Assembly: GCA_963806225.1 (NCBI GenBank)
Contig: CAWDXG010000004.1
Coordinates: 1,344,001-1,408,000, forward strand
From: an uncultured delta proteobacterium
GTDB taxonomy: Bacteria; Myxococcota_A; Polyangia; Polyangiales; Polyangiaceae
DNA length: 64,000 bases
Reading direction: 5' to 3'
This document shows, piece by piece, positions 1 to 10,031 of the stretch. The number at the start of each line of letters is the position of its first letter. Within the stretch, counting starts at the first letter, position 1. The position numbers and the translations under genes were made by a program. Below the pieces are notes generated by a model, which was not told the DNA's origin, did not search any database, and saw nothing but the letters and a program-made list of their open reading frames with translations.

Positions 1-2
1 AC

Positions 3-875
3 GGCAAGGCACAGGCCTTTTCACACTGGAGCGGCCCGCTCGCCCCCGGTCAGCACTACGTGCAGGTCTACAAGAACGGCTTCAAGCCCTTCGAGCAGCG
101 TTTCACCGTCGAGATCGGGCAGAAGCAGACCATCAACGCCTCGCTCGGTCCGCCCGTCGCGCCGGAGGACGGCGGCTCGAAGGACAGCGGCTCGAAGGAC
201 AAGCCCGCCCGCCAACTGCGCGGCTGGTACGCGCTGGGCGCCCTCGATCTGACGGGCCTGACGGGCGACCCGAACAATACCAAGCAGCCGAGCGGCAACG
301 CCACGGGCGGCGCCGCACTCGGCATCCGCGCGGGCTACCGGCTCTGGACGCCGGTGTCGCTCGAGCTCTTGATGCAGGGCAGCACGCACGAGGCCAAGGA
401 CCAGTGCGTCCCGTCGTGCGATGGCGACCACGCCACGCGCAACTACGCCGTCCAATCGTTCCGCATCGGTCCCAACCTGCGCATCAACAGCGGCGGCGAG
501 AGCATCCGCTTCACCTCGGCGCTCGGCCTGGGCGCTGTGCAGCACAAGGTGACCTTCAAGGACATCACCAACGACAAGAACGTCGACGTGTCCGGCGTGC
601 CACCGAAGGACACCGTGGCCAGCGGCTGGGACCCGTATCTGCTGCTCGAGATCGGCGTGCAGTTCAACCTCGGGCACGTGTTGCTCGAGGCCGACGCCGT
701 CGCGGACATCGATCAGGCGAGCAGCATTCACTACGGCGACGCCTATCCGTACCGGGACCCCAGCACCGGCGCAGGCAAAGGCGGGCTCAGGACGCTCGGC
801 CTCGGCCTGCGCGCCGGCTGGAGCGAGTGGGCTCCGCCCACCAAGGTCAGCAAGATCACACAACTGACCCGGTGA
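3..875 (+). CDS. PEGA-domain protein, C-terminal part (runs off left edge)
   Basis: Frame open from position 3; '[36 protein letters not shown]' is PEGA-like, followed by a beta-strand-rich C-terminal region. Confidence 0.7.
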   Translation, partial: GKAQAFSHWSGPLAPGQHYVQVYKNGFKPFEQRFTVEIGQKQTINASLGPPVAPEDGGSKDSGSKDKPARQLRGWYALGALDLTGLTGDPNNTKQPSGNATGGAALGIRAGYRLWTPVSLELLMQGSTHEAKDQCVPSCDGDHATRNYAVQSFRIGPNLRINSGGESIRFTSALGLGAVQHKVTFKDITNDKNVDVSGVPPKDTVASGWDPYLLLEIGVQFNLGHVLLEADAVADIDQASSIHYGDAYPYRDPSTGAGKGGLRTLGLGLRAGWSEWAPPTKVSKITQLTR

Positions 876-996
876 TCAGGTCCGCGACCGACCGCAGCGT
901 GATCGCGGGCGGATTCCGCGAGGGGGACGCATGCAGAGGAGCCGTGGTAGGAATGACGCTCTTCACGGCGCAAAGGCAGCGCAACGAGGGGCCAAC

Positions 997-2970
997 ATGG
1001 CAGACGACAAGCAGGCTATCGGGACGTTCAACGAGGAGACGCGCCACTTCGAGCCGAACGAGGAGTTCAAGAAGCACGCGCGCATCAACTCGCTCGAGCA
1101 GTACCAGCGGCTGTACAAGGAAAGCCTCGAGTCCCCGGAGACCTTCTGGAAACGCGAGACGCGCGATCTCGTGTTCCGCAAGCCCTGGACGAAGATCAGC
1201 GAGTGGAAGCTGCCCCACGCCAAGTGGTTCGTGGGCGCCACGCTGAACGCCACCGAGAGCTGCCTCGACCGCCACCTGCAGACCGGCGTCAAGGACAAGC
1301 CGGCCATCGTCTGGGAGAGCGAGCCGGGCGAGTCGACCACGCTGACCTACGCCCAGCTGTACGAGAAGGTCGTGGAATTCGCCGCCGTGCTGCGCGAGAT
1401 GGGCGTGAAGAAGGGCGACCGCGTCGCGATCTACATGGGCATGGTGCCGGAGGTCGTCGTCGGCATGCTGGCCTGCGCTCGCATCGGCGCGCCGCACAGC
1501 GTCGTGTTCGGCGGGTTTGCCGCCGAGAGCCTGCAGGGCCGCATCAACGACTGCGGCGCCAAGGTCGTGCTGACACAGGACGGCGCCTGGCGCCGCGGCG
1601 GCGTCGTGCCGCTGAAAGCCACGGTCGACAAGGCGCTCGAGGACGCGCCCAGCGTCGAGAAGGTGTTCGTCTACCGCCGGCTCGGCGACGAACACGTCAA
1701 GATCAGCATGCAGGAAGGCCGCGACGTCGACTGGTACGAGGCCGTGAAGGGCGCCAACAAGTCCCACGGCAAGGACCCGGAGATGGTCGACGCCGAGCAC
1801 CCGCTGTTCATCCTGTACACCTCCGGCTCCACCGGGAAGCCGAAGGGCGTGCTGCACACTACCGCCGGCTACCTCGCCGGCACGCACGTCACGACCAAGT
1901 ACGTCTTCGACCTGCACGAGAGCGACGTCTACTGGTGCACGGCTGATGTCGGCTGGATCACCGGGCACAGCTACATCGTCTACGGCCCGCTCTCCAACGG
2001 CGCGACGTGCGTGATGTACGAGGGCGCGCCGAACTTCCCCGACTGGGGGCGCTTCTGGCAGCTCGTCGACAAGCACAAGGTGACGATCCTGTACACCGCG
2101 CCAACGGCCATTCGCGCCTTCATCCGCCAGGGCACCGAGTGGGTGGACAAGGCCAGCCTCGCGAGCCTGCGGCTGCTCGGCACCGTGGGCGAGCCGATCA
2201 ACCCGGAAGCGTGGGTCTGGTACCACGAGAACATCGGCAAGAAGCGCTGCCCCATCGTCGATACCTGGTGGCAGACGGAGACGGGCGCGATCATGCTGAC
2301 CACGCTGCCCGGCGTGCACCCCGCCAAGCCCGGCTCGACGGGCCTGCCCTTCTTCGGCGTGAAGCCGGCCATCGTGCAGAGCGACGGCACGGAGCTCGGG
2401 CCGAACGAGGGCGGTCTGCTCGTGATCCAGAAGCCCTGGCCCAGCATGCTGCGCACCATCTGGGGTGACGACGAACGCTACAGGAAGCAGTACTTTTCCG
2501 AGATCCGCGACGCGTACTTCACGGGCGACGGCGCGCGCTGCGAGGACGACGGCTACTTCCACGTGGTGGGGCGCATCGACGACGTGCTCAACGTCTCCGG
2601 CCACCGCATCGGCACCGCCGAGATCGAGAGCTCGCTTGTGGCGCATCCGGCCGTCGCCGAGGCCGCCGCTGTGGGCCGCGCCGATGACGTCAAGGGCCAG
2701 GCGCTGGTGGTGTTCGTCACGCTCAAGCCGGGCCACGAAAAGAACGACGCGATGAAGAAGGCGCTCGCCGAGCACGTCGGCCAGGAGATCGGCAAGTTCG
2801 CCCGCCCGGACGAGGTGCGCTTCGCCGACAGCCTACCCAAGACACGCAGCGGCAAGATCATGCGCCGGCTGCTGAAGGACGTCGCCGCGGGTCGCGAAGC
2901 GCAGGGCGACATCTCCACGCTCGAGGACAAGAACGTGCTCGAGACGCTGCAGGGCGGCAAAGAGGGATGA
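997..2970 (+). CDS. acs: acetate--CoA ligase (acetyl-CoA synthetase)
   Basis: [30 protein letters not shown] and [12 protein letters not shown] motifs; ATG at 997 after GAGGGG. Confidence 0.97.
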   Translation: MADDKQAIGTFNEETRHFEPNEEFKKHARINSLEQYQRLYKESLESPETFWKRETRDLVFRKPWTKISEWKLPHAKWFVGATLNATESCLDRHLQTGVKDKPAIVWESEPGESTTLTYAQLYEKVVEFAAVLREMGVKKGDRVAIYMGMVPEVVVGMLACARIGAPHSVVFGGFAAESLQGRINDCGAKVVLTQDGAWRRGGVVPLKATVDKALEDAPSVEKVFVYRRLGDEHVKISMQEGRDVDWYEAVKGANKSHGKDPEMVDAEHPLFILYTSGSTGKPKGVLHTTAGYLAGTHVTTKYVFDLHESDVYWCTADVGWITGHSYIVYGPLSNGATCVMYEGAPNFPDWGRFWQLVDKHKVTILYTAPTAIRAFIRQGTEWVDKASLASLRLLGTVGEPINPEAWVWYHENIGKKRCPIVDTWWQTETGAIMLTTLPGVHPAKPGSTGLPFFGVKPAIVQSDGTELGPNEGGLLVIQKPWPSMLRTIWGDDERYRKQYFSEIRDAYFTGDGARCEDDGYFHVVGRIDDVLNVSGHRIGTAEIESSLVAHPAVAEAAAVGRADDVKGQALVVFVTLKPGHEKNDAMKKALAEHVGQEIGKFARPDEVRFADSLPKTRSGKIMRRLLKDVAAGREAQGDISTLEDKNVLETLQGGKEG

Positions 2971-3044
2971 GGACGAGCTGATCGGCGGGACTGGTATCCA
3001 TGGCCAGTTCTGCTGACCAGCTTCGACCGCGTCTCTGCCCGCGC

Positions 3045-3701
3045 TCAGCGCGTCATCCGCTCGACGAGCTTCTTTCCCGTCTTTCGGTCGCTTCCGTACA
3101 CGTCGACGTAGGAAACGCTCAGGACGCCCGCCAGCTGGACGAAGATGTGGTCGAGGTGAGCGGCCTGGTGGCCCTGGATCGTCGCGTAGGCCTGGGCGCT
3201 GCAGTGGCCGGCCCTGTCGCGGCCGGTGACGATGCTGATCGGGCGGGCGACCTGTTTGAGCTCGACCAGGAAGCGTGCGTCCGCGCCGCTCTTGTCGACA
3301 GCGTGCGCCTGGGAGAAGCCGTACGCCGCGTACTCGTAGAACTTGAGCGTGTGGGTGCGCACCGGCGGCGCGTGCTCGAACTCGCGCCAGTAGGGGAAGA
3401 CGGCGTTGTCGCCGACCGGCTTGCAGTGCGAATCGAGGCGCATGCCGTAGTCGACGCGGTTGTGATCGTCGCTCTTTTCGATGAAAAAGACCGTCTGCAC
3501 GTCGTAGGGGCCGAAGGACGGATGCAGAGACGGGTCGGCGTTGGCGGGATTCGGCACGGCGGCGGGTTCGCCGGGCACGGCGGCAGATGCTCCCGACTGG
3601 GCCGGCGCACGCGCCACCGGCGGCGGGACGCTGGGGCCGCAGCCCCAGAGCGGCGACGCCGCCCCCAGCTGGAGTAGCCCGCGCACCAGGCGCCGGTTCA
3701 T
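3045..3701 (-). CDS. lipoprotein, DUF4833-like (paralog 3)
   Basis: MNRRLVRG...LWGC lipobox; shares PFGPYDVQTVF, YGxRLD and FPYWRE motifs with the two upstream ORFs; ATG overlaps the upstream TGA. Confidence 0.8.
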   Translation of the reverse strand: MNRRLVRGLLQLGAASPLWGCGPSVPPPVARAPAQSGASAAVPGEPAAVPNPANADPSLHPSFGPYDVQTVFFIEKSDDHNRVDYGMRLDSHCKPVGDNAVFPYWREFEHAPPVRTHTLKFYEYAAYGFSQAHAVDKSGADARFLVELKQVARPISIVTGRDRAGHCSAQAYATIQGHQAAHLDHIFVQLAGVLSVSYVDVYGSDRKTGKKLVERMTR

Positions 3702-4342
3702 GGCGTCAGGCGTTCGACGAGTTTCTCGCCGGTCTTGGTGTCGGTGCCGTGCACGTCCACGTAGTCGGCGCTCATCATACCGGCAACCTTGACGAAGATG
3801 TAGTCGAGCCGCGCGTTCTTCTTGCCTTTGACCCGCGTGTAGGCCGTCGCGGTGCAGTAGCCACCCCTGCCCTGCTTGGTGACGATCAGGATGGGGCGCT
3901 TCACCTGTTTGAGCACGATCAGGTGCTGCCCGCCGCTGCGGCTCTTCCTCGTCGTCTGCTGCGTCGAGAAGCCATACGCCGCGTACTGGAAGAAGCGGAG
4001 GGCATGCGAGCCGAGCTTCGGCGGATGCCGGTTCTCGCGCCAGTAGGGGAACACCGGGTCGTGGCCGCTCGGCGTACAGTGCCGGTCGAGGCGGATCCCG
4101 TAGGCGATGGGATCGCCGCCGTTGCTCTTGGCGATGTGGAACACCACCTGCACGTCGTACGGACCGAACGGCGGGTGGAAGTCGGAGTTGTCGTTCGCCG
4201 GGTTCGGCTTGGCCGTAGGGTCGTCGGTTTTCGAGGCCCGGTAGGCGACGGGCGGCGGAATGTCGTGACTGCAGCTGGCGCACAACCCGAGGGCCAGCGC
4301 CGCGCCGGCGATCTGCAACTTCACGAGCCCAATCTTGCACAC
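3698..4342 (-). CDS. lipoprotein, DUF4833-like (paralog 2)
   Basis: GTG start at 4342 or 4324; ALGLCASC lipobox; same motifs as neighbours. Confidence 0.8.
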   Translation of the reverse strand: MCKIGLVKLQIAGAALALGLCASCSHDIPPPVAYRASKTDDPTAKPNPANDNSDFHPPFGPYDVQVVFHIAKSNGGDPIAYGIRLDRHCTPSGHDPVFPYWRENRHPPKLGSHALRFFQYAAYGFSTQQTTRKSRSGGQHLIVLKQVKRPILIVTKQGRGGYCTATAYTRVKGKKNARLDYIFVKVAGMMSADYVDVHGTDTKTGEKLVERLTP

Positions 4343-4365
4343 GGGTCGCCCGCGCGCCCGTCCGC

Positions 4366-5007
4366 TCAGGGCGTCTGGCGTTCGACGAGCTTCCGGCCGG
4401 TCTTCGTGTCGGTTCCGTGTATATCGATGTAGTCGACACTCATCACGCCCGCGACCTTGGCGAAGATATAGTCGAGGTGCGCGCTCTCGACCCCCTGCAC
4501 CTTCGTGTACGGCGTGGCCGTACAATATCCGTCCTTGCCCTGCTTCGTCACGATCAGGATCGGGCGTTTGAACTGTTTGAGCACGACGAGATATTGCCCG
4601 CCCGAACGGCCTTTCTTGACGATGCGCTGCTCCGAGAATCCATAGCCGGCGTACTGGAAGAACTTGAGCTTGTGGGACCGCACCGGCGGAGCATGCTGCA
4701 GCTCGCGCCAGTACGGGAACATGGCGTTGCCGCTGGCCGGCGCGCAGTGCTGGTCGAGGCGCAACCCGTAGTCGACGCGGTCCTTGTCGTTGCTCTTGGC
4801 GATGTAGAACACCGTCTGCACGTCGAACGGACCGAACGGCGGCTTGAGGTTCTTGTCGTCGTTCGCCGGGTTGGGCTTGGCCGTGTGGTCGTCGACCTTG
4901 GTGGAGGCGTAGGTGACGGGTGGCGGGATGTCGTGGCTGCAGCCCAGTGCGGAAAAAGCCGCCGACAGCGCGATCCCCATGCGCACGAAACACTTCACCC
5001 GGCCCAT
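4366..5007 (-). CDS. lipoprotein, DUF4833-like (paralog 1)
   Basis: ALGC lipobox; FYIAKSNDKDRVDYGLRLD...FPYWRE. Confidence 0.8.
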   Translation of the reverse strand: MGRVKCFVRMGIALSAAFSALGCSHDIPPPVTYASTKVDDHTAKPNPANDDKNLKPPFGPFDVQTVFYIAKSNDKDRVDYGLRLDQHCAPASGNAMFPYWRELQHAPPVRSHKLKFFQYAGYGFSEQRIVKKGRSGGQYLVVLKQFKRPILIVTKQGKDGYCTATPYTKVQGVESAHLDYIFAKVAGVMSVDYIDIHGTDTKTGRKLVERQTP

Positions 5008-5134
5008 TATGCACGTCCTGGGCGCGATACGCCCACGACGCCCCCCAACGGCAATAACCCCCCGGAAACGTGCGCGGAATCGCTCCGGCTCCCGACTTCC
5101 GGCTCCGGTCCCGATGGCGGTCCCGGCGGCGCTG

Positions 5135-6440
5135 CTACAGCCGCTCCAGCAGCTCGTGCAGGATCGCGAAGCCTTCGCGGAAGTGCTGCAGCTCGGCCTG
5201 CTCGTTGGGCGCGTGGTAGTAGGTGCTGCGGCCGAAGCCGGTGATCTGCACGTCGAAGCCCTTGCGCTGTAGGTCGCGCACGAGCGGCAGCGAGCCGGTC
5301 ATGCTGTAGGGCTCGAGCCGATCCTTGCCGCGCACGGAGGCCATGGCGGCCTCGAGCGCAGCCAGGCCCGGCGAGTCCAGATCGCACGCGATGCCTTCCA
5401 TGAAACGGCCCTTGCGCTCGAGCCGGAGCTTGCCACGGCGGCCGTCGGCGGCGCGTACGTGAGGGAAACCAGCCGGCACATCGCCCGCTTCGAGGCGCCG
5501 ATCGAGCTCTGCGATGAACTTTTCCGCACCCGCGATGGCGTCTTCCATCTCGTAGAACGGCGTCAGGCGGATATCGCCTTCCACCACGACGTTGCCCGGG
5601 ATCTTGGTGATCTTGTTGTTGGCGGCCTTGATCACCGTGCCCTTGAGCGTGGACGACGAAAGGAACCCGTAGCGCTCCTCGTCGGCGTGCGGGGGAAAGG
5701 CGCCGCGGAACCACTCCCCCAGCGCCAGCGTCGTCGCCATGGAAAGCTCCAGCGCGTTCACGCAGTTGTGCGTCAGGCCGGAGTGGCCCGTCACACCTTC
5801 GACGTGCAGCTCCCACATCGCCACGCCGCCGGTGCCGACGGTGGGACCGAAGTCGGCGCTGTCGAGCCAGAAGATGGGGCCGCTCCTGGAGATCGTCGAG
5901 GTGGCCCTGGGCGACCACGTAGTCGAGACCGATTTCGGGGACGGGCGCTTCTTCCTCGTTCGCGATGAAGACGACCTTGAGCGTGCGCGTGGGGCGCTCG
6001 CCGCGCTCGGCCAGCTGCGCGAGCAGGTCGGTGAGCACGGCGACGTGGCCCAGGCAGTCGGTGACGCCGCGGCCGTAGAGCGTGCCGTCGTCGCCGACCC
6101 ACAGCTTGAAGGGATCGCGCTCCCAGCCCTCGGCTTCCTTGTCCGCGGGGACCACGTCGAAATGCGCGCCGACGAAACCAATCGTCCCTTCGCCCCTGCC
6201 GCGCACCGTCAGCACCAGGCTCGGCCGGGACTCGTGTCCGGCCGCCGCGAGGCGCTCGACCTCGATGAACCCGCTGTCGATGTGGGGGCGGAGCGTTTCC
6301 ATCACCAGATCGGCCGGCAGCTCCTCGCGCGGGACAAGGCCCACGTCCGGGGAGTTCTGCAGCTCCGGCGTCATGGCGATGAAACGCCGCAACAGGTCGA
6401 TGAAACGGGACTCGTCGAGGGAGAGATCAGCCACTAGCAT
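5135..6440 (-). CDS. M20-family acetylornithine deacetylase-like amidohydrolase (one frameshift near 5889)
   Basis: GAHFDVVP, GRGVTDCLG and NEEE in the N-terminal frame; HSG and YHAPNE in the second frame; removing one C near 5889 joins them. Confidence 0.85.
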
Positions 6441-6553
6441 CGCTAGTCGCTCACGCCGCGGTTCGCGTCAACGACAAATCCAGAGGGGGCGAGCGCGAGG
6501 ATGACGACGGCGGGTCCGTCGGCTACCCTTCTCGCCCGGAAAACGAGCTGAAC

Positions 6554-7318
6554 ATGCGCGCGATCATCATCGGAGCCGGCCGCGGCAGCCGGCTCGGGCA
6601 CGAGACCCGCGAGATCCCCAAGACGCTGGTCGAGGTGATGGGGCGTCCCATGCTCGAGTGGGTGCTCGAAGCGCTCGCCGAGGCCGGCATCGGGCGGCGG
6701 GACGTGGTGTTCATCAGCGGCTACGCCGAGGACGTGGTGCGCGAGCGCTACCCGGAGTTTTCGTTCGTCAGGAACGCGGACTGGCAGAACAACAACATCC
6801 TCCTGTCGCTGCTCTGCGCGCGCGAGTATCTCGGCGAGGGCTTCGTCTCCACCTACTCGGATATCGTGTACGAGGGCGCGGTCGTGCAGAAGCTGGTCAA
6901 AAGCCCCCATGATATCGCGCTCGGCTGCGACACGGCGTGGCGGCGGCGCTACACGAGCCGCTCGCAGCATCCGGAAACGGACGCGGAGAAGCTCCGGGCC
7001 GAGGGCAGCCGCGTGGTCGAGTTGAGCCGGCACATCGACAGCGAGGCAGCGGACGGCGAGTTCATCGGCGTGATGAAGCTGAGTGCCGATGGAGCGCGCC
7101 AGCTCACCGAAGCCTTCGACGCGGCCGAGGCCGAGTACGCCGGAAAGGAGTTCCGCGAAGGGCGGAGCTTCGAGAAGGCGTACCTGATCGATCTCCTGCA
7201 GCACATGCTGGAGCAGGGCAGCACGATGCACCGCGAGAACACGCGCGGCGGCTATATGGAGATCGACACGCTCGAAGATCTCGGACTGGCAGAGAAGTGG
7301 TGGCAGGAGCGGCCGTGA
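6554..7318 (+). CDS. nucleotidyltransferase, phosphocholine cytidylyltransferase (LicC)-like
   Basis: IIIGAGRGSRL...PKTL, YSDIVY, GEFIG, EIDTLEDL. Confidence 0.85.
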   Translation: MRAIIIGAGRGSRLGHETREIPKTLVEVMGRPMLEWVLEALAEAGIGRRDVVFISGYAEDVVRERYPEFSFVRNADWQNNNILLSLLCAREYLGEGFVSTYSDIVYEGAVVQKLVKSPHDIALGCDTAWRRRYTSRSQHPETDAEKLRAEGSRVVELSRHIDSEAADGEFIGVMKLSADGARQLTEAFDAAEAEYAGKEFREGRSFEKAYLIDLLQHMLEQGSTMHRENTRGGYMEIDTLEDLGLAEKWWQERP

Positions 7319-8082
7319 CGCGTGCCGTCTCCGCCGAAGCGCTGATCGCGGAGCTCGGCGCGGCGCTTCCGGAACAGGGAGCCGCCGCGCTGGCATTCGA
7401 CGGCGACGGCACGCTGTGGTGGGGGGACGTGTCGGAGGACGTGCTCTCGTTCGCGACCGCCGAGGGCTTGATCCGCGAGGAGGCACGGCCGGCGCTGGTA
7501 GAGGCTGCCGAGGCCCACGGCGTGTCCAGCGAAGGCAGCGCGTCGGCGCTGGCCGCGCGCATCTTCGAGGCGTACACGAACCGCCGCTACCCCGAGCGCG
7601 AGGTGTGCGAGATGATGACGTGGTGCTACGCCGGCTACTCGCTGGCGGAGCTCGGACCGCTTGTCCGGGAAGCGTTCGCCCGTCGGGATCTCGAGGAGCG
7701 CGTGAACACTTCGCTCTCGCCGGTCATCGAGTGGGCGCGGGGCCGCGGGCTGCGCACCGTGATAGTGTCGGCTTCGCCGGATTTCATCGTCGAACAGGCG
7801 GCGCGGCTGTGGGGCATCGGCGCGAGCGACATCGCGGCGAGCCGGGCGGCGGTGGACGGCGATCGCCTCGTACCGCGGATGCACGGCGAGGTGCCGTACG
7901 CCGAGCACAAGCCGGTGGCCGGGCGGGCGCTCATCGGCGATGCCGCGTGGCTCGCGAGCTTCGGCGACAGTGCCTTCGATATCGAGATGTTGCGGGCCGC
8001 ACGCATCGGCGTCGCGGTGCGACCACGGGCGGATCTCGTGGACCACATGCACGCACATCCGGAGCTGCTCCTGTTCGAGTAG
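7315..8082 (+). CDS. HAD-superfamily hydrolase (phosphoserine phosphatase-like)
   Basis: FDGDGTL motif I, VSAS motif II, GDSAFD motif IV; GTG overlaps the upstream TGA. Confidence 0.85.
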   Translation: MTRAVSAEALIAELGAALPEQGAAALAFDGDGTLWWGDVSEDVLSFATAEGLIREEARPALVEAAEAHGVSSEGSASALAARIFEAYTNRRYPEREVCEMMTWCYAGYSLAELGPLVREAFARRDLEERVNTSLSPVIEWARGRGLRTVIVSASPDFIVEQAARLWGIGASDIAASRAAVDGDRLVPRMHGEVPYAEHKPVAGRALIGDAAWLASFGDSAFDIEMLRAARIGVAVRPRADLVDHMHAHPELLLFE

Positions 8083-8171
8083 TCGCGCGCGCTGTGAAGA
8101 AAATCCTCCGGCATTGAACCTCCCGCCAGGGCCTTGTTCCGGCGCGGAACGTCCGCTACTTCTATGCTCCC

Positions 8172-8903
8172 ATGACGCGTTCCTGCGCACTCCGCTCCCT
8201 GTTCCAGGCCACCCTCATCTCCACTGCCGTGCTGGCTGCTGCCTGCGGCGGCGACAAGCCGCCGCCCAAGGCGCCCACTCCCCCGCCCGAGCAAGCCGAG
8301 CAGCACGACGGCCAGCAGGCGCAAGTGAGCGCCGAGATCGGCGCGCTCGACGAGGACGCGGTCACGAGGACGTTCGCCTCGAGCCTCAAGGGACTGCAGC
8401 GTTGTCTGGACGACGGCGCCGGCAAGGTGCAGTACCTCGGCGGCTCGGTCAGCTTCTCGATCAAGGTGGATCAGCGCGGCCAGCTCAGCGACGCACGCCT
8501 CGATCACTCGACGCTCGGAGACTACGACACTGAAAAGTGCATGCTCGACGTGCTGCGCTCGAAGCAGTGGCCGAAGCCCGTCGGCGGCGTGCACGGCCTG
8601 GCGTCCAAGTCGTTCGAGTTCGATCCGCCGAACGACGTGCGGCCGCCCACCGAGTGGACCAGCGACCGCATCGACAAGACGCTCGACGAGCTGGGGTCGA
8701 AGATCTCGAGCTGCAAGGGCGGAGCGTCCGGCTCCTTCAGCGCGACAATGTACGTCGGCACCGACGGCCACGCGCTCTCGGTGGGCGTCACGCCGCCGGA
8801 CTCGCACGGCGAGGCGGCGGTGGATTGCCTGGTCGGCGTGCTCAAGGAAGCAAAGTACCCCTCCCCCGGCAGCTGGCCGGCCAAGGTGACCTTCACGCTC
8901 TGA
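8172..8903 (+). CDS. lipoprotein with two AgmX/TonB-C-like domains
   Basis: LAAAC lipobox; two repeats of the form C...G.V/F....VD/G..G...C......W/YP.P. Confidence 0.65.
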   Translation: MTRSCALRSLFQATLISTAVLAAACGGDKPPPKAPTPPPEQAEQHDGQQAQVSAEIGALDEDAVTRTFASSLKGLQRCLDDGAGKVQYLGGSVSFSIKVDQRGQLSDARLDHSTLGDYDTEKCMLDVLRSKQWPKPVGGVHGLASKSFEFDPPNDVRPPTEWTSDRIDKTLDELGSKISSCKGGASGSFSATMYVGTDGHALSVGVTPPDSHGEAAVDCLVGVLKEAKYPSPGSWPAKVTFTL

Positions 8904-9020
8904 CCTCTAGCGCGGCATGCGGAAGCGTCATCGCGTCCCCGGCGAGCTAGTCGCGGTTTCCACAGGCTTTCACGGGTCTCCGGGCTGACGCCACACTCCG
9001 GGCAGCCTACACTGGCGCGG

Positions 9021-9767
9021 ATGGAGCTAGCCGGAAAGCGCGCGCTGGTGACCGGCGCGGGGCAGCGCGTCGGGCGCGCCATTGCGCTCGAGCTGGGCGC
9101 CGCGGGTATGCGCGTGGCGGTGCACTACCGCTCGAGTCGCGAAGGGGCGGAGCGGACCTGCGAGGAGATCCGCAGCGCCGGCGGCGCGGCGTCCAGCATC
9201 CAGGCGGATCTGTCCGACCGCGCCCAGGCCCGGCGGCTGGTGGACGAAGCGGTGCAGCGGCTCGGCGGGCTCGACCTGCTGGTGCCGAGCGCGGCGAGCT
9301 TCGAGCGCGTGCCGTATGCGGAGCTCGACGACGCGGCGTGGGACCGCAGTCTGGAGCTCGACCTATCAGCCCCCTTTGCGCTCGCGCACCAGGCGAGCCC
9401 CGCCCTGCGCGCGGCGCGCGGCGCGATCGTGTTCGTCACCTGCTCCAGCACCACCACTCCGTTCCGGAACTATCTGCCGTACGTCGTCGCCAAGGGCGCG
9501 CTCAAGCAGCTGATGCGCACGCTGGCGCTGGAACTGGCGCCCGATGTACGGGTCAACGCCGTGGCCCCCGGCACCGTGCTACCGCCCGACGACATGCCGC
9601 CCGAAGCCGTGGAGCGGCTCGCCGTCAAAGCGCCCCTCGGCCGCATCGGTAGCGCCGAGGACATCGCCGACGCGGTCGTGTATCTGGCGCTGGCCGATTT
9701 CGTCACCGGGCAGGAGCTCGTCGTGGACGGCGGGCGCAGTGTGGCGGGGCTGGAGCGCTACGAGTAG
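9021..9767 (+). CDS. short-chain dehydrogenase, pteridine reductase-like
   Basis: TGAGQRVG, VHY, YVVAK (YxxxK), VNAVAPG. Confidence 0.9.
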   Translation: MELAGKRALVTGAGQRVGRAIALELGAAGMRVAVHYRSSREGAERTCEEIRSAGGAASSIQADLSDRAQARRLVDEAVQRLGGLDLLVPSAASFERVPYAELDDAAWDRSLELDLSAPFALAHQASPALRAARGAIVFVTCSSTTTPFRNYLPYVVAKGALKQLMRTLALELAPDVRVNAVAPGTVLPPDDMPPEAVERLAVKAPLGRIGSAEDIADAVVYLALADFVTGQELVVDGGRSVAGLERYE

Positions 9768-9991
9768 AAGGCGATGGCCGTCACGACACGACGGGGTGCG
9801 ACAGGGCCCGCACCTCCCTGGCACGCGCCGCATCCCCGCTCGACGGACAGAAACGCAAGCACCTCGGCGCGCCGGGAGTTGTCGATTCCTTCGCGTGCGA
9901 GGAGACGCTCATAGGCCGCGATGGCGGCGGCCGTGTCACCGCGGTCCGAAGCGGCATGTGCAAGCTCCAGCTCGGCGTCCCAGGTGCTCAT
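9758..9991 (-). pseudogene. short TPR-like ORF, possibly a gene remnant
   Basis: ELAHAASDRGDTAAAIAAYERLL is a TPR-like helix pair; only 77 aa. Confidence 0.35.
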
Positions 9992-10031
9992 GGGCGCAAC
10001 GTACCCGACGCCTGGGGAGTCTGGAAGACCG

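Noticed and set aside
856..2775. Long antisense and alternate-frame ORFs (also 34235-35668, 48905-50605, 59479-63000 and many others)
   Set aside because: Shadow ORFs expected in high-GC DNA; they overlap well-supported genes and show no motifs
3045..5014. Long ORFs 3045-4439 and 3698-5014 as fusion proteins
   Set aside because: Only their C-terminal halves are coding; the rest is off-frame reading of the upstream paralog
5880..5895. Programmed ribosomal frameshifting in the broken genes
   Set aside because: No slippery sequences seen at the junctions, and many unrelated genes are affected, so sequencing error is simpler
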